From sequence record SRR20825019_3141: a DNA stretch of 43,525 nt. One strand, 5' to 3'. The notes under the pieces are model-generated. The model did not search any database. It was given only the letters and a program-made list of their open reading frames with translations, and had not been told where the DNA came from. The position numbers and the translations under genes were made by a program. Within the stretch, counting starts at the first letter, position 1. Each line of letters opens with the position of its first letter. Shown in pieces: positions 29,466 through 39,335 of the stretch.

Positions 29466-29666
29466 ATGAACAGGACATTTGCTTTAATTTTGATACTACT
29501 GGCGTTGGGTCTTATCGCCTACAACGTGACTTTGGTAGATTTTGAAAATCCAATACAAGGTGACAGTACGATTGCCCTAATAGGAATCGTAGCTTCTTTA
29601 TGTGCCATTGTATTGATGTTGATTTTTATGACTTCCAAAAAGATTGACAAAAAACTGAAGAAGTAA
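29466..29666 (+). CDS. Small two-TM hypothetical membrane protein
   Basis: 66 aa, two hydrophobic helices, basic tail, follows marC-like gene closely. Confidence 0.75.
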   Translation: MNRTFALILILLALGLIAYNVTLVDFENPIQGDSTIALIGIVASLCAIVLMLIFMTSKKIDKKLKK

Positions 29667-29667
29667 G

Positions 29668-31296
29668 TTAAGGCTTGATGTCTATTGCCCCTAGTTGGGA
29701 TTCATCAATCTTGGCCTTGTCCAAAGCCTTTACTTTTTTGAGCATTGGGTCGTACTCTCCTTTTATTTGGGCCGATAGGTTTGGCGAATACAGTTGTTCC
29801 GCAATATTCGCCTTTATGAACGCCTTGATCTTGTCCTCGTAGGCATAAAAATCCAGTTTTATCTTACGGTCCAGTACAAATTGGATAAAGTTATCAAAAA
29901 GGATATCGTCCACTTGGAATTCGTCCAAAAATTGGTTCTGTTCATAACTATCGTACATGGTTCTGTCCTCTTCTAAATGCTCGAACACAAAACGTGCGAA
30001 AAACTGATAGGTATCGTCCATACTCTCGATGGCCTCCTCCTGATTGTTCCCGATCGGAACAAAAACATCGGGGATGATTCCTCCACCTCCATAAACTACT
30101 TTGCCTTTGGGTGTAACAAACTTTAATGAGTCCGCCACCTTGATACTGTCCGCCGACTGAAGTTCGCCACTTGCATAGCGCTCCATAAACCTTTGGTAAT
30201 AGTCATGGTTCCCGTCTTTATAGGATTTTTGGATGGATCGCCCCGTTGGGGTATAATAGCGTGAAACGGTCAAACGAACGGCAGACCCGTCGCCCAAATC
30301 CATTTCTCGCTGTACCAATCCTTTTCCGAACGAACGGCGTCCCACAATGGTGCCTATATCGTTGTCCTGTAAAGCTCCTGCAATAATCTCACTGGCAGAT
30401 GCCGAGCGTTCGTTGATAAGAACATATACCTCTCTATTTTCAAAATCACCTTTTTTAGTAGCGTAAGCTTTTTTGACTCTTCCCTTTTTGTTTTTTGTAA
30501 ATAAAATAAGCTTATCATCCCCCAAAAACTCGTCTGCCAATTTTTCGGCTATGCCCAAATAGCCTCCAGGGTTGTCCCTAAGGTCCAAGGTCAGTTTTTC
30601 AGCGCCTCTTAGTTTCAATTTGCGCAAAGCATCTTTGAACTCATCAAACGTGGATTCGGCAAAACGGTTTATTTTAATATAGCCCATATCCTTGGTCAGC
30701 ATATAATAGGCCTCCACACTTCTGATGGGAACCCGATCACGGACCACGGACATATTGATCATCTTGTTTTCCGTTTTTCTATAAACTTTCAGATTGACCT
30801 TGGTACCTATTTTGCCCTTTAGGGTAGAGACCACATCATCGTTAACTATTCTTTTACCGTACAGTGTATCGGTGTCGGCCATAAGAATACGATCGCCAGG
30901 TTTTATACCGCTGATGTAACTGGGGCCGTTCTTGATGGTTCTTATCACGGTAATAGTGTCCCGGTACATATAAAAGCTAACTCCTATTCCCGCAAAATCG
31001 CCCTTCATGCTTTCGGCGACATCCTTCATTTCATCCTTTGGAATATATACAGAATGAGGGTCCAACTTGCCCAAAATATTATTGACCGTTACATCCACGA
31101 TGCTATCGGTATCTACATCATCCACATACTCGTAGTCAATATAATCGATAAGCCGGTTGAGCTTGTCCTTTTTTGAATTGGTGGAGAAGAGCTTCTCCGG
31201 GGAATCGTTAAAATGGAGTTTGCCCCCTATAAAAATACCTATGGCTACTGCCAAAGCAAGTAGGGTGGGCCAAATATATCCTTTAATCTTTTTCAT
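29668..31296 (-). CDS. S41 C-terminal processing peptidase
   Basis: LDPHS, PDZ domain, DLRDNPGG, SASASEI, SFGKG. Confidence 0.93.
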   Translation of the reverse strand: MKKIKGYIWPTLLALAVAIGIFIGGKLHFNDSPEKLFSTNSKKDKLNRLIDYIDYEYVDDVDTDSIVDVTVNNILGKLDPHSVYIPKDEMKDVAESMKGDFAGIGVSFYMYRDTITVIRTIKNGPSYISGIKPGDRILMADTDTLYGKRIVNDDVVSTLKGKIGTKVNLKVYRKTENKMINMSVVRDRVPIRSVEAYYMLTKDMGYIKINRFAESTFDEFKDALRKLKLRGAEKLTLDLRDNPGGYLGIAEKLADEFLGDDKLILFTKNKKGRVKKAYATKKGDFENREVYVLINERSASASEIIAGALQDNDIGTIVGRRSFGKGLVQREMDLGDGSAVRLTVSRYYTPTGRSIQKSYKDGNHDYYQRFMERYASGELQSADSIKVADSLKFVTPKGKVVYGGGGIIPDVFVPIGNNQEEAIESMDDTYQFFARFVFEHLEEDRTMYDSYEQNQFLDEFQVDDILFDNFIQFVLDRKIKLDFYAYEDKIKAFIKANIAEQLYSPNLSAQIKGEYDPMLKKVKALDKAKIDESQLGAIDIKP

Positions 31297-31310
31297 ATAG
31301 CAATATGGTC

Positions 31311-31748
31311 TTAAACCATTTCTTCCAGAACTGGCAAATGAACAATCTCCACACCTGCCCTTTCCAGAAATTTTATTCCAGAGTCATCTTTATATGCACT
31401 CTGGTATACCACACGTTTTATGCCAGCTTGGTGCACTAGCTTGCTGCACTCCCTGCATGGGGACAATGTGATATATAATGTGGCACCCTCGCAAGACTGC
31501 GTTGAAGAGGCGACTTTAAGAATTGCATTGGCTTCAGCGTGAAGGACATACCATTTGGTGTACCCTTCCTCATCTTCACAATAATTTTCAAATCCTGTTG
31601 GGGTACCATTGTACCCATCGGAAATGATCATCCTGTCCTTAACTATAATAGCTCCGACCTGCCTTCTTTTACAATACGATAATTTCCCCCATTCTTGGGC
31701 CATCCTCAAATAGGCTTTATCGTACTTTTCTTGTTTGCTCGCCTTCAT
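31311..31748 (-). CDS. dCMP deaminase family
   Basis: GYNG, HAEANA, PCREC. Confidence 0.9.
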   Translation of the reverse strand: MKASKQEKYDKAYLRMAQEWGKLSYCKRRQVGAIIVKDRMIISDGYNGTPTGFENYCEDEEGYTKWYVLHAEANAILKVASSTQSCEGATLYITLSPCRECSKLVHQAGIKRVVYQSAYKDDSGIKFLERAGVEIVHLPVLEEMV

Positions 31749-31833
31749 AAATCAAAAAAACGCTGATAATTAAATAAATATACCTGCTTTGATAGACCCT
31801 CACAACCTTCTTCAATAAATTTTAACTAAGGGC

Positions 31834-32418
31834 CTATATGGGGAACGTTGCTATGAGCAAGGGTATTGTAATGGCTATGATCAAAATTGAAGCGACCGTA
31901 ATATAAATAGACCGTTTTACCTTCAAAAGACCTAAAACTACATAGGCAATAGCCAACACAACCAATATGATGGTCACTTGCGATAATTCTATACCGGTCG
32001 CAAAACCTAATAGAGGGGTAATCTTGTCCTCTTCTTCGGCCATCAACATCTTAAAATAGTTGGAAAATCCAAAACCGTGTATCAAACCAAAAAAAGCTGT
32101 GGACAAAATATGCAGAAAAAGACCAATATCTAGGGATTCTTTGAACACATACGCAAAATTGAACAAGGCCGTAAGCAAAATGGTGACCGGTATCAAAAAC
32201 TCAATAAGACCAACATCTGCCGTAGCCACCTCATACACGGACAATGCCAACGATGTACAATGGGCAATGGTGAAAATAGTGGCCAAGACCAGTACCTTTT
32301 TCCAACTTTTAAAAGTGAACGGAACTGCAAGGGCCGACAAGAATAAGATATGATCGTAGGCTCCAAAATCCAAAACATGGGTAAGTCCCAATTTTATGTA
32401 GAACAGAAATTCTTGCAT
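31834..32418 (-). CDS. HupE/UreJ family membrane protein
   Basis: YDHILFL, FTIAH, FGLIHGFGF, GIELSQ. Confidence 0.85.
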   Translation of the reverse strand: MQEFLFYIKLGLTHVLDFGAYDHILFLSALAVPFTFKSWKKVLVLATIFTIAHCTSLALSVYEVATADVGLIEFLIPVTILLTALFNFAYVFKESLDIGLFLHILSTAFFGLIHGFGFSNYFKMLMAEEEDKITPLLGFATGIELSQVTIILVVLAIAYVVLGLLKVKRSIYITVASILIIAITIPLLIATFPI

Positions 32419-32487
32419 GAAGTTTTGTTTTCAAATTTACCAATAAAAAACATTTCCTCATCCAAAAGCCGGTAAACACCTTGGAAT

Positions 32488-32543
32488 TTATTTTAAATTA
32501 ATCCAAATAATGATTCTGTTTTAGGGACCAGCCATTATATTTG
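32488..32543 (+). promoter_or_regulatory. Promoter with Fur-like AT-rich palindrome
   Basis: TTATTT-N11-AAATAA at 32488-32510; TATATTTG -7 box at 32536-32543. Confidence 0.45.
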
Positions 32544-32657
32544 CGAAAATTGGATTTCAACATTAAATCAATTAAACGATTGAACAGATGTGCAGTCGTA
32601 TACCGGAATTTGATTCATTTAATCCAGTTGAAATAACATGAGCGCTTAATAATCGGT

Positions 32658-33812
32658 ATGGGAAAAAATAAGAAATACGGAATCAGAGACTTTATCAACG
32701 ACGTTCACCTATGGTTGGGGCTCGTTAGCGGTATCATTTTGTTCTTGGTCTGCCTAAGCGGAACAATTCTAACTTTTGAGGAAGAAATCGAGGGCTGGTT
32801 CAAAAAGGACATGAAGGTTGAGGCCGTAGGAACCAAAAAATCAATTTCCAATTTGATAAATGACCCTGCAATCCAAGAAAAAGGAATTCTCACATCCATC
32901 ACCATTCCAACCGATGAAACCTCTCCGTATGAATTTTCCATTAAAGAAGACCCCAAGCAGCGAAGGGGAACAACATACGAGATAAACCCTTACACCGCGG
33001 AACTTTTAGCCCCTGAAGATACGGGAATAGACAAGTTTATGTTCAGTATGTTCCGTATGCACAGATGGTTAATGATGGACATTAAGTTGGGAAGGCCCAT
33101 AGTAGGCATTGCCACCATTATTTTTATGATATTGGCCATTTCCGGAATTGTGCTATGGTTCCCTAAAAAGATAAAATGGAAAACCGTGAAAGCTGGCTTT
33201 AAGATAAGGACCAATGCCAACTGGAAGCGTATCAATCACGATTTGCACAACACTTTGGGCTTTTATGCCTGTATCTTGATTTTGATTATGGGCATTACAG
33301 GCCTCTGCTGGTCGTTCGAAGGTTACAGGGACGGTTTAAGTGTCATTATGGGCACTCGGGTGTTCGGGAACCGTGGTGGAGGTCCGGAAATTGATTTGGA
33401 AAGTTTCGACAACGAAAAATCAATCAGCTTGGAAGAAGCCATCGCCCTTGCAAACAGAGAACTGGATTACAAAGGATTCCTATCCATTGGTCTGCCAAGT
33501 GATGAGAACCCCATGTACAGTTTTAGAAAACTGGCGGACAATTCTTGGTCAACCATTGCGCAAGACAGACTGCAAATTCATACTTCCGGGGAGGTGGTCA
33601 GCAAAGAAATCTATGCGGATAAACCGCTAAACGTTAAAATTGCGTCGGCAATCAAGCCCATCCATACAGGAACCATTTTTGGAACGTTTAGCAAATGGAT
33701 ATACTTCTTGGCCTGCTTGATCGCGACCAGTTTACCCATCACAGGAACTATCATTTACATAAACAAACTTAAAAAGAAGAGTAAGCGAAAAAAGAGTTTG
33801 GCCACCGTTTAG
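32658..33812 (+). CDS. PepSY-associated TM helix protein (iron-uptake associated family)
   Basis: HLWLGL, MHRWL, DLHNTLG, IHTG conserved His pattern; INPYT. Confidence 0.88.
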   Translation: MGKNKKYGIRDFINDVHLWLGLVSGIILFLVCLSGTILTFEEEIEGWFKKDMKVEAVGTKKSISNLINDPAIQEKGILTSITIPTDETSPYEFSIKEDPKQRRGTTYEINPYTAELLAPEDTGIDKFMFSMFRMHRWLMMDIKLGRPIVGIATIIFMILAISGIVLWFPKKIKWKTVKAGFKIRTNANWKRINHDLHNTLGFYACILILIMGITGLCWSFEGYRDGLSVIMGTRVFGNRGGGPEIDLESFDNEKSISLEEAIALANRELDYKGFLSIGLPSDENPMYSFRKLADNSWSTIAQDRLQIHTSGEVVSKEIYADKPLNVKIASAIKPIHTGTIFGTFSKWIYFLACLIATSLPITGTIIYINKLKKKSKRKKSLATV

Positions 33813-34546
33813 GAAATGCCCCTTTCCTTTTGAATGGTCTCGTAGGCCTTTTGTACTTCTTTGAACTTTTCTTCGGCCCCTTTGCGAATGGCCTCATTTT
33901 CGGTTACCACGCGGTCGGGATGGTATTTTTTGGCCATATTTCGATACGCCTTTTTCACCTCATCATCGGTAGCGGTCTTCTCGATTTCCAAAATCTTGTA
34001 CGCGTTGTCCGTAGATTTGATGAACATGGCCATGATGCTCTCAAAATCGTGTTGGTTGACCCGAAAATATCCAGCAATCTCTCTTAATTTTTCAATCTCG
34101 GCCTTACTTACCTGTCCATCGGATTGGGCAATACCGAACAAAAAGTGAAGCATTTGCAAGCGAACTTCGTATCGGGTACGCTGCACCATAAAAGTACAGA
34201 TGCGCTGCGCCGATATCTCCCTCTTTTTAATTACCTCGTTGAAGGTCCTGAAAATGGCGTTCGCTTTTTCTTTGCCATAGGTGCTCAAAAAATATTGTCG
34301 CACATAATCGAGCTCCCGCTGGTTCACCTGCCCGTCGGCCTTAATAATGATGGAGCAAAGTGAGAGTAAGTTCAATTCAAAATCGGCCGGGGAAACGGAT
34401 TGTCGGGTCACATTTTCAAAAATGGAGCCAGTCCTTTTTCCGGAACCTCCAAAATTATCCAGAAAGGTCCCTACGATAAACCCTAATACCGCACCTGGAA
34501 ATCTAAACATAAAATAACCGAGCAAGGCGGCTATCCACTTGATCAT
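33809..34546 (-). CDS. DjlA-like co-chaperone (TM + TerB + DnaJ)
   Basis: N-terminal TM, KADG/SDG TerB motifs, J-domain HPD. Confidence 0.88.
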   Translation of the reverse strand: MIKWIAALLGYFMFRFPGAVLGFIVGTFLDNFGGSGKRTGSIFENVTRQSVSPADFELNLLSLCSIIIKADGQVNQRELDYVRQYFLSTYGKEKANAIFRTFNEVIKKREISAQRICTFMVQRTRYEVRLQMLHFLFGIAQSDGQVSKAEIEKLREIAGYFRVNQHDFESIMAMFIKSTDNAYKILEIEKTATDDEVKKAYRNMAKKYHPDRVVTENEAIRKGAEEKFKEVQKAYETIQKERGIS

Positions 34547-34564
34547 GTTTCAAAATTTAAAGCG

Positions 34565-34646
34565 CAAAGATAGGGGTTTGATTAACAAACAAAGCTTTAT
34601 GCAATGTTAACGGTGATGAAAAAATCCTCACAATACCGTATCTTTG
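34565..34646. promoter_or_regulatory. Divergent sigma-A -7 boxes
   Basis: TATCTTTG on minus (34565-34572) and plus (34639-34646) strands. Confidence 0.65.
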
Positions 34647-34668
34647 TAACATAATCAAAAAGAAGTCT

Positions 34669-35079
34669 ATGTATCCAGAAGAATTGGTAAAACCTATGCG
34701 CGAAGACTTGGCCAGTGCCGGGTTTGAAGAACTACATACAAGTGAAGCCGTAAACGAAGCTCTAAAAAAGGATGGAACTACTTTGGTAGTGGTGAATTCG
34801 GTTTGTGGTTGTGCCGCAGCGAATGCACGGCCAGCCGCTAAATTGAGCTTGCAAAACAGCAAAACTCCAAACAACTTGGTAACCGTTTTTGCCGGTGTGG
34901 ACATGGAAGCCGTTGCTACGGCAAGAAATCACATGGTCCCTTTTCCTCCTTCTTCACCAAGTATGGCCCTTTTCAAAGATGGAGAATTGGTTCACATGAT
35001 CGAAAGGCACCACATTGAAGGTAGACCTGCCGAGCTGATTGCAGAAAACTTGATGGAAGCATACAACGAGCATTGCTAA
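34669..35079 (+). CDS. BrxA/BrxB family bacilliredoxin
   Basis: NSVCGCAAANARP CxC motif, TVFAG, PPSSPS. Confidence 0.92.
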   Translation: MYPEELVKPMREDLASAGFEELHTSEAVNEALKKDGTTLVVVNSVCGCAAANARPAAKLSLQNSKTPNNLVTVFAGVDMEAVATARNHMVPFPPSSPSMALFKDGELVHMIERHHIEGRPAELIAENLMEAYNEHC

Positions 35080-35106
35080 AATCAGGTAATTTAAGATATG
35101 AACACG

Positions 35107-35129
35107 CCACCCAAATGGGTGGTTTTTTT
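35107..35129 (+). terminator. Intrinsic terminator
   Basis: CCACCC-aaat-GGGTGG followed by T7. Confidence 0.8.
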
Positions 35130-35157
35130 ATTTTTACCTTAATTTAAATATGTATCC

Positions 35158-35892
35158 GTGCTAAAACTATTGTCTTACCCACTTACCGTTCTATTCTTTT
35201 TGCTTTTTGGTCTGGTTCTGGTCATATTCCATCCCATACAATGGTTTTGCCTAAAAGTATTCGGGTACAATGCGCACAAAAAAAGCGTTTCCATATTAAA
35301 TTGGTTCATTATGCGATGCACCAATGTTCTGGGTACCGGATACCGTTTTATAAACGAACAAAACATTCCCACCGATAGGCCACTGATCATTGTTACCAAT
35401 CACCAAAGTATGTACGACATTCCTCCCATTATTTGGTACATGCGAAAGCACCACCCCAAGTTTGTGAGTAAAATAGAGCTGGGAAAAGGGATTCCCAGTG
35501 TTTCTTATAACTTAAGACATGGTGGTTCTGCCCTGATTGATAGAAAAGACCCTAAACAGTCCATTTCCGAGCTTCAGAAATTGGCCAAGTACATTAATGA
35601 GAACAACCGAAGTGCCGTAATTTTCCCCGAGGGTACCCGAAGCAGGGACGGTGTGCCCAAACCATTCAAAACGACCGGGCTTAAAATAATGTTGAAGAAT
35701 GCTCCTTCGGCCTTGATCGTGCCCATTAGCATCAACAACTCTTGGAAATTGTTGCGTTACGGAAAGTTTCCCATGGGATTGGGTTCCCAGGTTACGTTCG
35801 AGGTACATCCTCCCATTGAAAATGAAGGCAAAGCCGATGAACTTATCGCCCAAATAGAAAGCACCATCGTGGGAGGGGTCAATACCAACTAA
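35158..35892 (+). CDS. Lysophospholipid acyltransferase (PlsC family)
   Basis: NHQSMYD, IDR, FPEGTRS. Confidence 0.9.
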   Translation: MLKLLSYPLTVLFFLLFGLVLVIFHPIQWFCLKVFGYNAHKKSVSILNWFIMRCTNVLGTGYRFINEQNIPTDRPLIIVTNHQSMYDIPPIIWYMRKHHPKFVSKIELGKGIPSVSYNLRHGGSALIDRKDPKQSISELQKLAKYINENNRSAVIFPEGTRSRDGVPKPFKTTGLKIMLKNAPSALIVPISINNSWKLLRYGKFPMGLGSQVTFEVHPPIENEGKADELIAQIESTIVGGVNTN

Positions 35893-36551
35893 TGAAGGAA
35901 ACACAACTTATACAACACACCATCGCTTTTGTAAAGGCAGAGCTCCAAGATGCCGAAGGTGGGCACGATTGGTTCCATATTGAGCGTGTTTTCAATACCT
36001 CCAATCTACTATTGAAACATGAAGAAGGAAATGCTACGGTCGTAAAATTGGCTGCTTTGCTTCACGATATTGCAGACCCAAAATTCCATGGAGGAGACGA
36101 AAGCATTGGGCCAAAAACTGCCAAAAGTTTTCTGGAATCCCTTTCCGTTGATGAGCGGACCATTGACCACGTAGTGAACATCATCAAGCATATGTCCTTT
36201 AAAAATAGCCTGGACAAAACCGGAGGATCATTTACCTCTAAAGAGCTTCAAATTGTACAGGATGCCGACCGACTGGATGCCATTGGGGCCATTGGTATTG
36301 CCAGAGCGTTCAACTACGGAGGTTTTAAAAATAGGGAACTTCACAATCCGGATGTCCCGCCCAACCTCAACATGAGCAAAGAAGAATACAAAAACTCCAA
36401 TGCGCCCACCATCAACCATTTTTACGAAAAACTGTTGTTGCTCAAAGATAAAATGAACACCGCTACTGGAAAAAAACTGGCCGAGGCACGTCATCAATTT
36501 ATGCTGGATTACCTTGACCAGTTTTACAAAGAGTGGAACGGTGATGCATAA
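35892..36551 (+). CDS. HD domain phosphohydrolase
   Basis: GHDWFH, LLHD, QDADRLDAIGAIG, HFYEKL. Confidence 0.9.
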   Translation: MKETQLIQHTIAFVKAELQDAEGGHDWFHIERVFNTSNLLLKHEEGNATVVKLAALLHDIADPKFHGGDESIGPKTAKSFLESLSVDERTIDHVVNIIKHMSFKNSLDKTGGSFTSKELQIVQDADRLDAIGAIGIARAFNYGGFKNRELHNPDVPPNLNMSKEEYKNSNAPTINHFYEKLLLLKDKMNTATGKKLAEARHQFMLDYLDQFYKEWNGDA

Positions 36552-36615
36552 AGCATAGGATTTCTCTTCCCCTTTTTTGTATCTTGTGGACTCACATAAT
36601 ATCAAACTAAACATA

Positions 36616-38040
36616 ATGCAAAGAAGAAAATTCATCAGAAATGCCGCCGCTGCTTCGGCAGCATTTTCGATTGTACCCAGTCACGTACTGGGGAAAACCC
36701 ACATTCCTCCCAGCGATACCCTTTATGTGGCCGGATTTGGAGTCGGCGGAAGGGGAAATTCAGTAATTAATGGCCTGAACGATACCGGAAGAGTGAAATT
36801 TGTTGCCTTTTGCGATGTGGATGACCGTCGTGCACAACAAACCTACGAGCAATTCCCTGATGTAAAACGATACAAAGATTTTAGAAAGGTCTTTGATGCG
36901 CATTTAGGTGACATCGATGCCATTGCCGTAGCTAGTCCGGACCACACGCATGCGACCATTTCCTTGCCCTTTATGCGCGAGAAAAAACATGCCTACGTGG
37001 AAAAACCTCTTACGCACAACATATACGAAGCTCGATTAATGACCCAAGTGGCAAAAGAGCAGGGCATTGTGACCCAAATGGGGAACCAAGGAGCATCCAG
37101 TGATGGAAGCAGAATTGCCCGTGAATGGGTAGAATCCGGCATCATTGGAAAAGTACATACCATAGACTGTTGGACCAACCGACCTGTTTGGCCGCAGGGG
37201 GTGCCACTGCCCACGAAAAAAGACAGGATTCCCAAAGGATTGGATTGGGACCTTTGGTTGGGCCCTGCAAAAATGAGAGACTACAACGATGCTTATCTAC
37301 CGTTTAAATGGAGAGGTTTCTGGGATTTCGGAACGGGTGCATTGGGCGACATGGGGTGCCATATTATGGAAACACCCTTTAGCGTACTTGATCTAGGCTA
37401 TCCTACCGAAGCAGAGGCCAGTTGCACAACGGTTTGGGTGGATGATTTTGTGGAAGCGGATTATAGTCACTCCTGTCCACCTTCTTCTAAAATCCATTTA
37501 AAGTTTGAGCACGAAGAACATGGGGACATTGCATTGAATTGGTACGATGGCGGCCTTAAGCCTGACCTACCGGACGAACTAAAAGACGATGAGACCATTG
37601 GTGATTCCGGTGGAGGAAGTATTTTTTATGGTGATAAAGGCATTTTGATTTGCGATACCTATTCCCGAAACGCTAGATTGCTCCCTTCCGAAGTGATGGA
37701 TCTATACAAATCCCCAGCACCGAAATATGATAGGGTACCAGGGGGAATAGATGGCCACTTTGCCAACTTTGTGGATGGTTGCCAGAACGGTACGCCAACT
37801 TCTTCCAATTTTGAAAAAGCGGGACGGCTTACAGAGACCGTGTTGATGGGTAACTTGGCAGTAAAGGCCTACCAATACAAAGAACTTAAGGAAGGTAAAA
37901 AACTGGGGGATTGGGATCCATATGGTTTTCCTGGTAGAAGAAAGCTTTTCTGGGACGGCGACAATATGAAGATTACCAACTACGATAAAGCCAACGATTG
38001 GGTAACCCGCGATTACCGTGATGGCTGGGAATTGAAATAA
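36616..38040 (+). CDS. Tat-exported Gfo/Idh/MocA oxidoreductase
   Basis: QRRKFI Tat motif, GVGGRG, VEKP, WDLWLGP, GDMGCH; ATG 36616. Confidence 0.9.
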   Translation: MQRRKFIRNAAAASAAFSIVPSHVLGKTHIPPSDTLYVAGFGVGGRGNSVINGLNDTGRVKFVAFCDVDDRRAQQTYEQFPDVKRYKDFRKVFDAHLGDIDAIAVASPDHTHATISLPFMREKKHAYVEKPLTHNIYEARLMTQVAKEQGIVTQMGNQGASSDGSRIAREWVESGIIGKVHTIDCWTNRPVWPQGVPLPTKKDRIPKGLDWDLWLGPAKMRDYNDAYLPFKWRGFWDFGTGALGDMGCHIMETPFSVLDLGYPTEAEASCTTVWVDDFVEADYSHSCPPSSKIHLKFEHEEHGDIALNWYDGGLKPDLPDELKDDETIGDSGGGSIFYGDKGILICDTYSRNARLLPSEVMDLYKSPAPKYDRVPGGIDGHFANFVDGCQNGTPTSSNFEKAGRLTETVLMGNLAVKAYQYKELKEGKKLGDWDPYGFPGRRKLFWDGDNMKITNYDKANDWVTRDYRDGWELK

Positions 38041-38058
38041 ACTCCCCATAATTATATT

Positions 38059-38085
38059 AAAATGGCCCAAATTGGGCCATTTTTT
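38059..38085. terminator. Bidirectional terminator
   Basis: AAAATGGCCCAAATTGGGCCATTTTTT inverted repeat between convergent genes. Confidence 0.85.
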
Positions 38086-38153
38086 GTTTTATCATTCTTG
38101 GCAAATACGAATCTTTTACAAGGCGAACATCCTTTTTTTTTGGCCGGTTGAGG

Positions 38154-39227
38154 CTAAAATAATTTCATCTGGCCGTCTTTGTATTGTTCATGAAGCTCCA
38201 TGTTCAATCTCGGAAAGTTTCTGTTCTTAAAATATCGTTTCCTTGCAATCTGTGCCATTTCGTGTATTTGCTCGGCAATTTTACCTTCACCCTTGGTTCT
38301 TGTTCCAAATCGACTATCGTTGACCGTCCCACCATGGCAATCCTGAATCTGGTGCAGTACCTTCTCCGCCCTGTCCGGCATGGCCTTCTTGATCCAGTCA
38401 GAAAAAATCTGTCCAATGGCACCATTGAGCCGTACCACCGTCAATCCAAAAGAAAGCGCTCCATGGTCCGCCACCGCCTTGGCCAAGGGCAATAACTCGT
38501 GCGAATTTATTCCCGGAATCATAGGTGCAAGCATGGCGTTAACAGGGATGTTGTTATCGGATAGAACTTGGATGGTTTTAAGCCGCTTTTGGATGGATGC
38601 CGTTCTGGGCTCCAGCTTCCGCCTTGTTTTTTCGGACAAAGTTGTAATCGATACATTGACCCCCACCAATTGATGCTCATTAAGTTGCCTTAAAATATCC
38701 AAGTCCCGTAACACCAAGGCATTTTTGGTGATGATACCCACGGGATGGCGATACCTTAAAAAAACCTCGAGGCATTTCCGTGTAATCTCGAACTTTTGCT
38801 CAGCTGGCTGGTAACAATCCGTATTCCCCGAAAGCACTACGGTATTTGCCTTCCAATTTTTATGTTTGATTTTTGCCTCCAGCAACTCTGGTGCAGATTT
38901 CTTCACTAAGATTCTACGCTCAAAATCCAAACCTGCGCTATAGCCCCAATATTCGTGTGTATTCCTGGCATAGCAATAAATACAACCATGCTCGCAACCT
39001 TGGTAGGGATTCATGGAATATCCCATGCCCACATCGGGGCTGTCCACTTTGTTAACGATGGTCTTTGGAAAAATGGGTATGTACTGGGTTTTATTGCTTT
39101 CGTATTCTTCACCTTCCAATCGACAGAACTCCAAAAAGTCGTCCCGCATTTCGAATACATGCTGCAAAAACCGATTGTCCGTATTCTTTTGAGCTCCCCT
39201 TCCCTTCAAGAATTTATTGAATGACAT
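38154..39227 (-). CDS. PA0069/Rv2578c-type radical SAM protein (SplB-like, putative DNA repair)
   Basis: NPYQGCEHGCIYCYAR CxxxCxxC, TDCYQP, LEP. Confidence 0.9.
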   Translation of the reverse strand: MSFNKFLKGRGAQKNTDNRFLQHVFEMRDDFLEFCRLEGEEYESNKTQYIPIFPKTIVNKVDSPDVGMGYSMNPYQGCEHGCIYCYARNTHEYWGYSAGLDFERRILVKKSAPELLEAKIKHKNWKANTVVLSGNTDCYQPAEQKFEITRKCLEVFLRYRHPVGIITKNALVLRDLDILRQLNEHQLVGVNVSITTLSEKTRRKLEPRTASIQKRLKTIQVLSDNNIPVNAMLAPMIPGINSHELLPLAKAVADHGALSFGLTVVRLNGAIGQIFSDWIKKAMPDRAEKVLHQIQDCHGGTVNDSRFGTRTKGEGKIAEQIHEMAQIARKRYFKNRNFPRLNMELHEQYKDGQMKLF

Positions 39228-39232
39228 ATATT

Positions 39233-39262
39233 GGATTTATTCCAAATATATGGATTATATCC
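39233..39262 (-). promoter_or_regulatory. Two Bacteroidetes SOS-like boxes (GGA-N5-TCC) flanking a -7 box
   Basis: GGATTTATTCC 39233-39243, GGATTATATCC 39252-39262, TATATTTG on minus strand 39243-39250. Confidence 0.75.
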
Positions 39263-39285
39263 TAGTCCAATTAAATGGTAATCAT

Positions 39286-39307
39286 AAAAAAAGCCTCCAT
39301 TGGAGGC
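39286..39307 (-). terminator. Intrinsic terminator
   Basis: A7 followed by GCCTCC-attg/GGAGGC hairpin. Confidence 0.75.
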
Positions 39308-39335
39308 CATTACTATCAAACTATGTATTGCTCAA

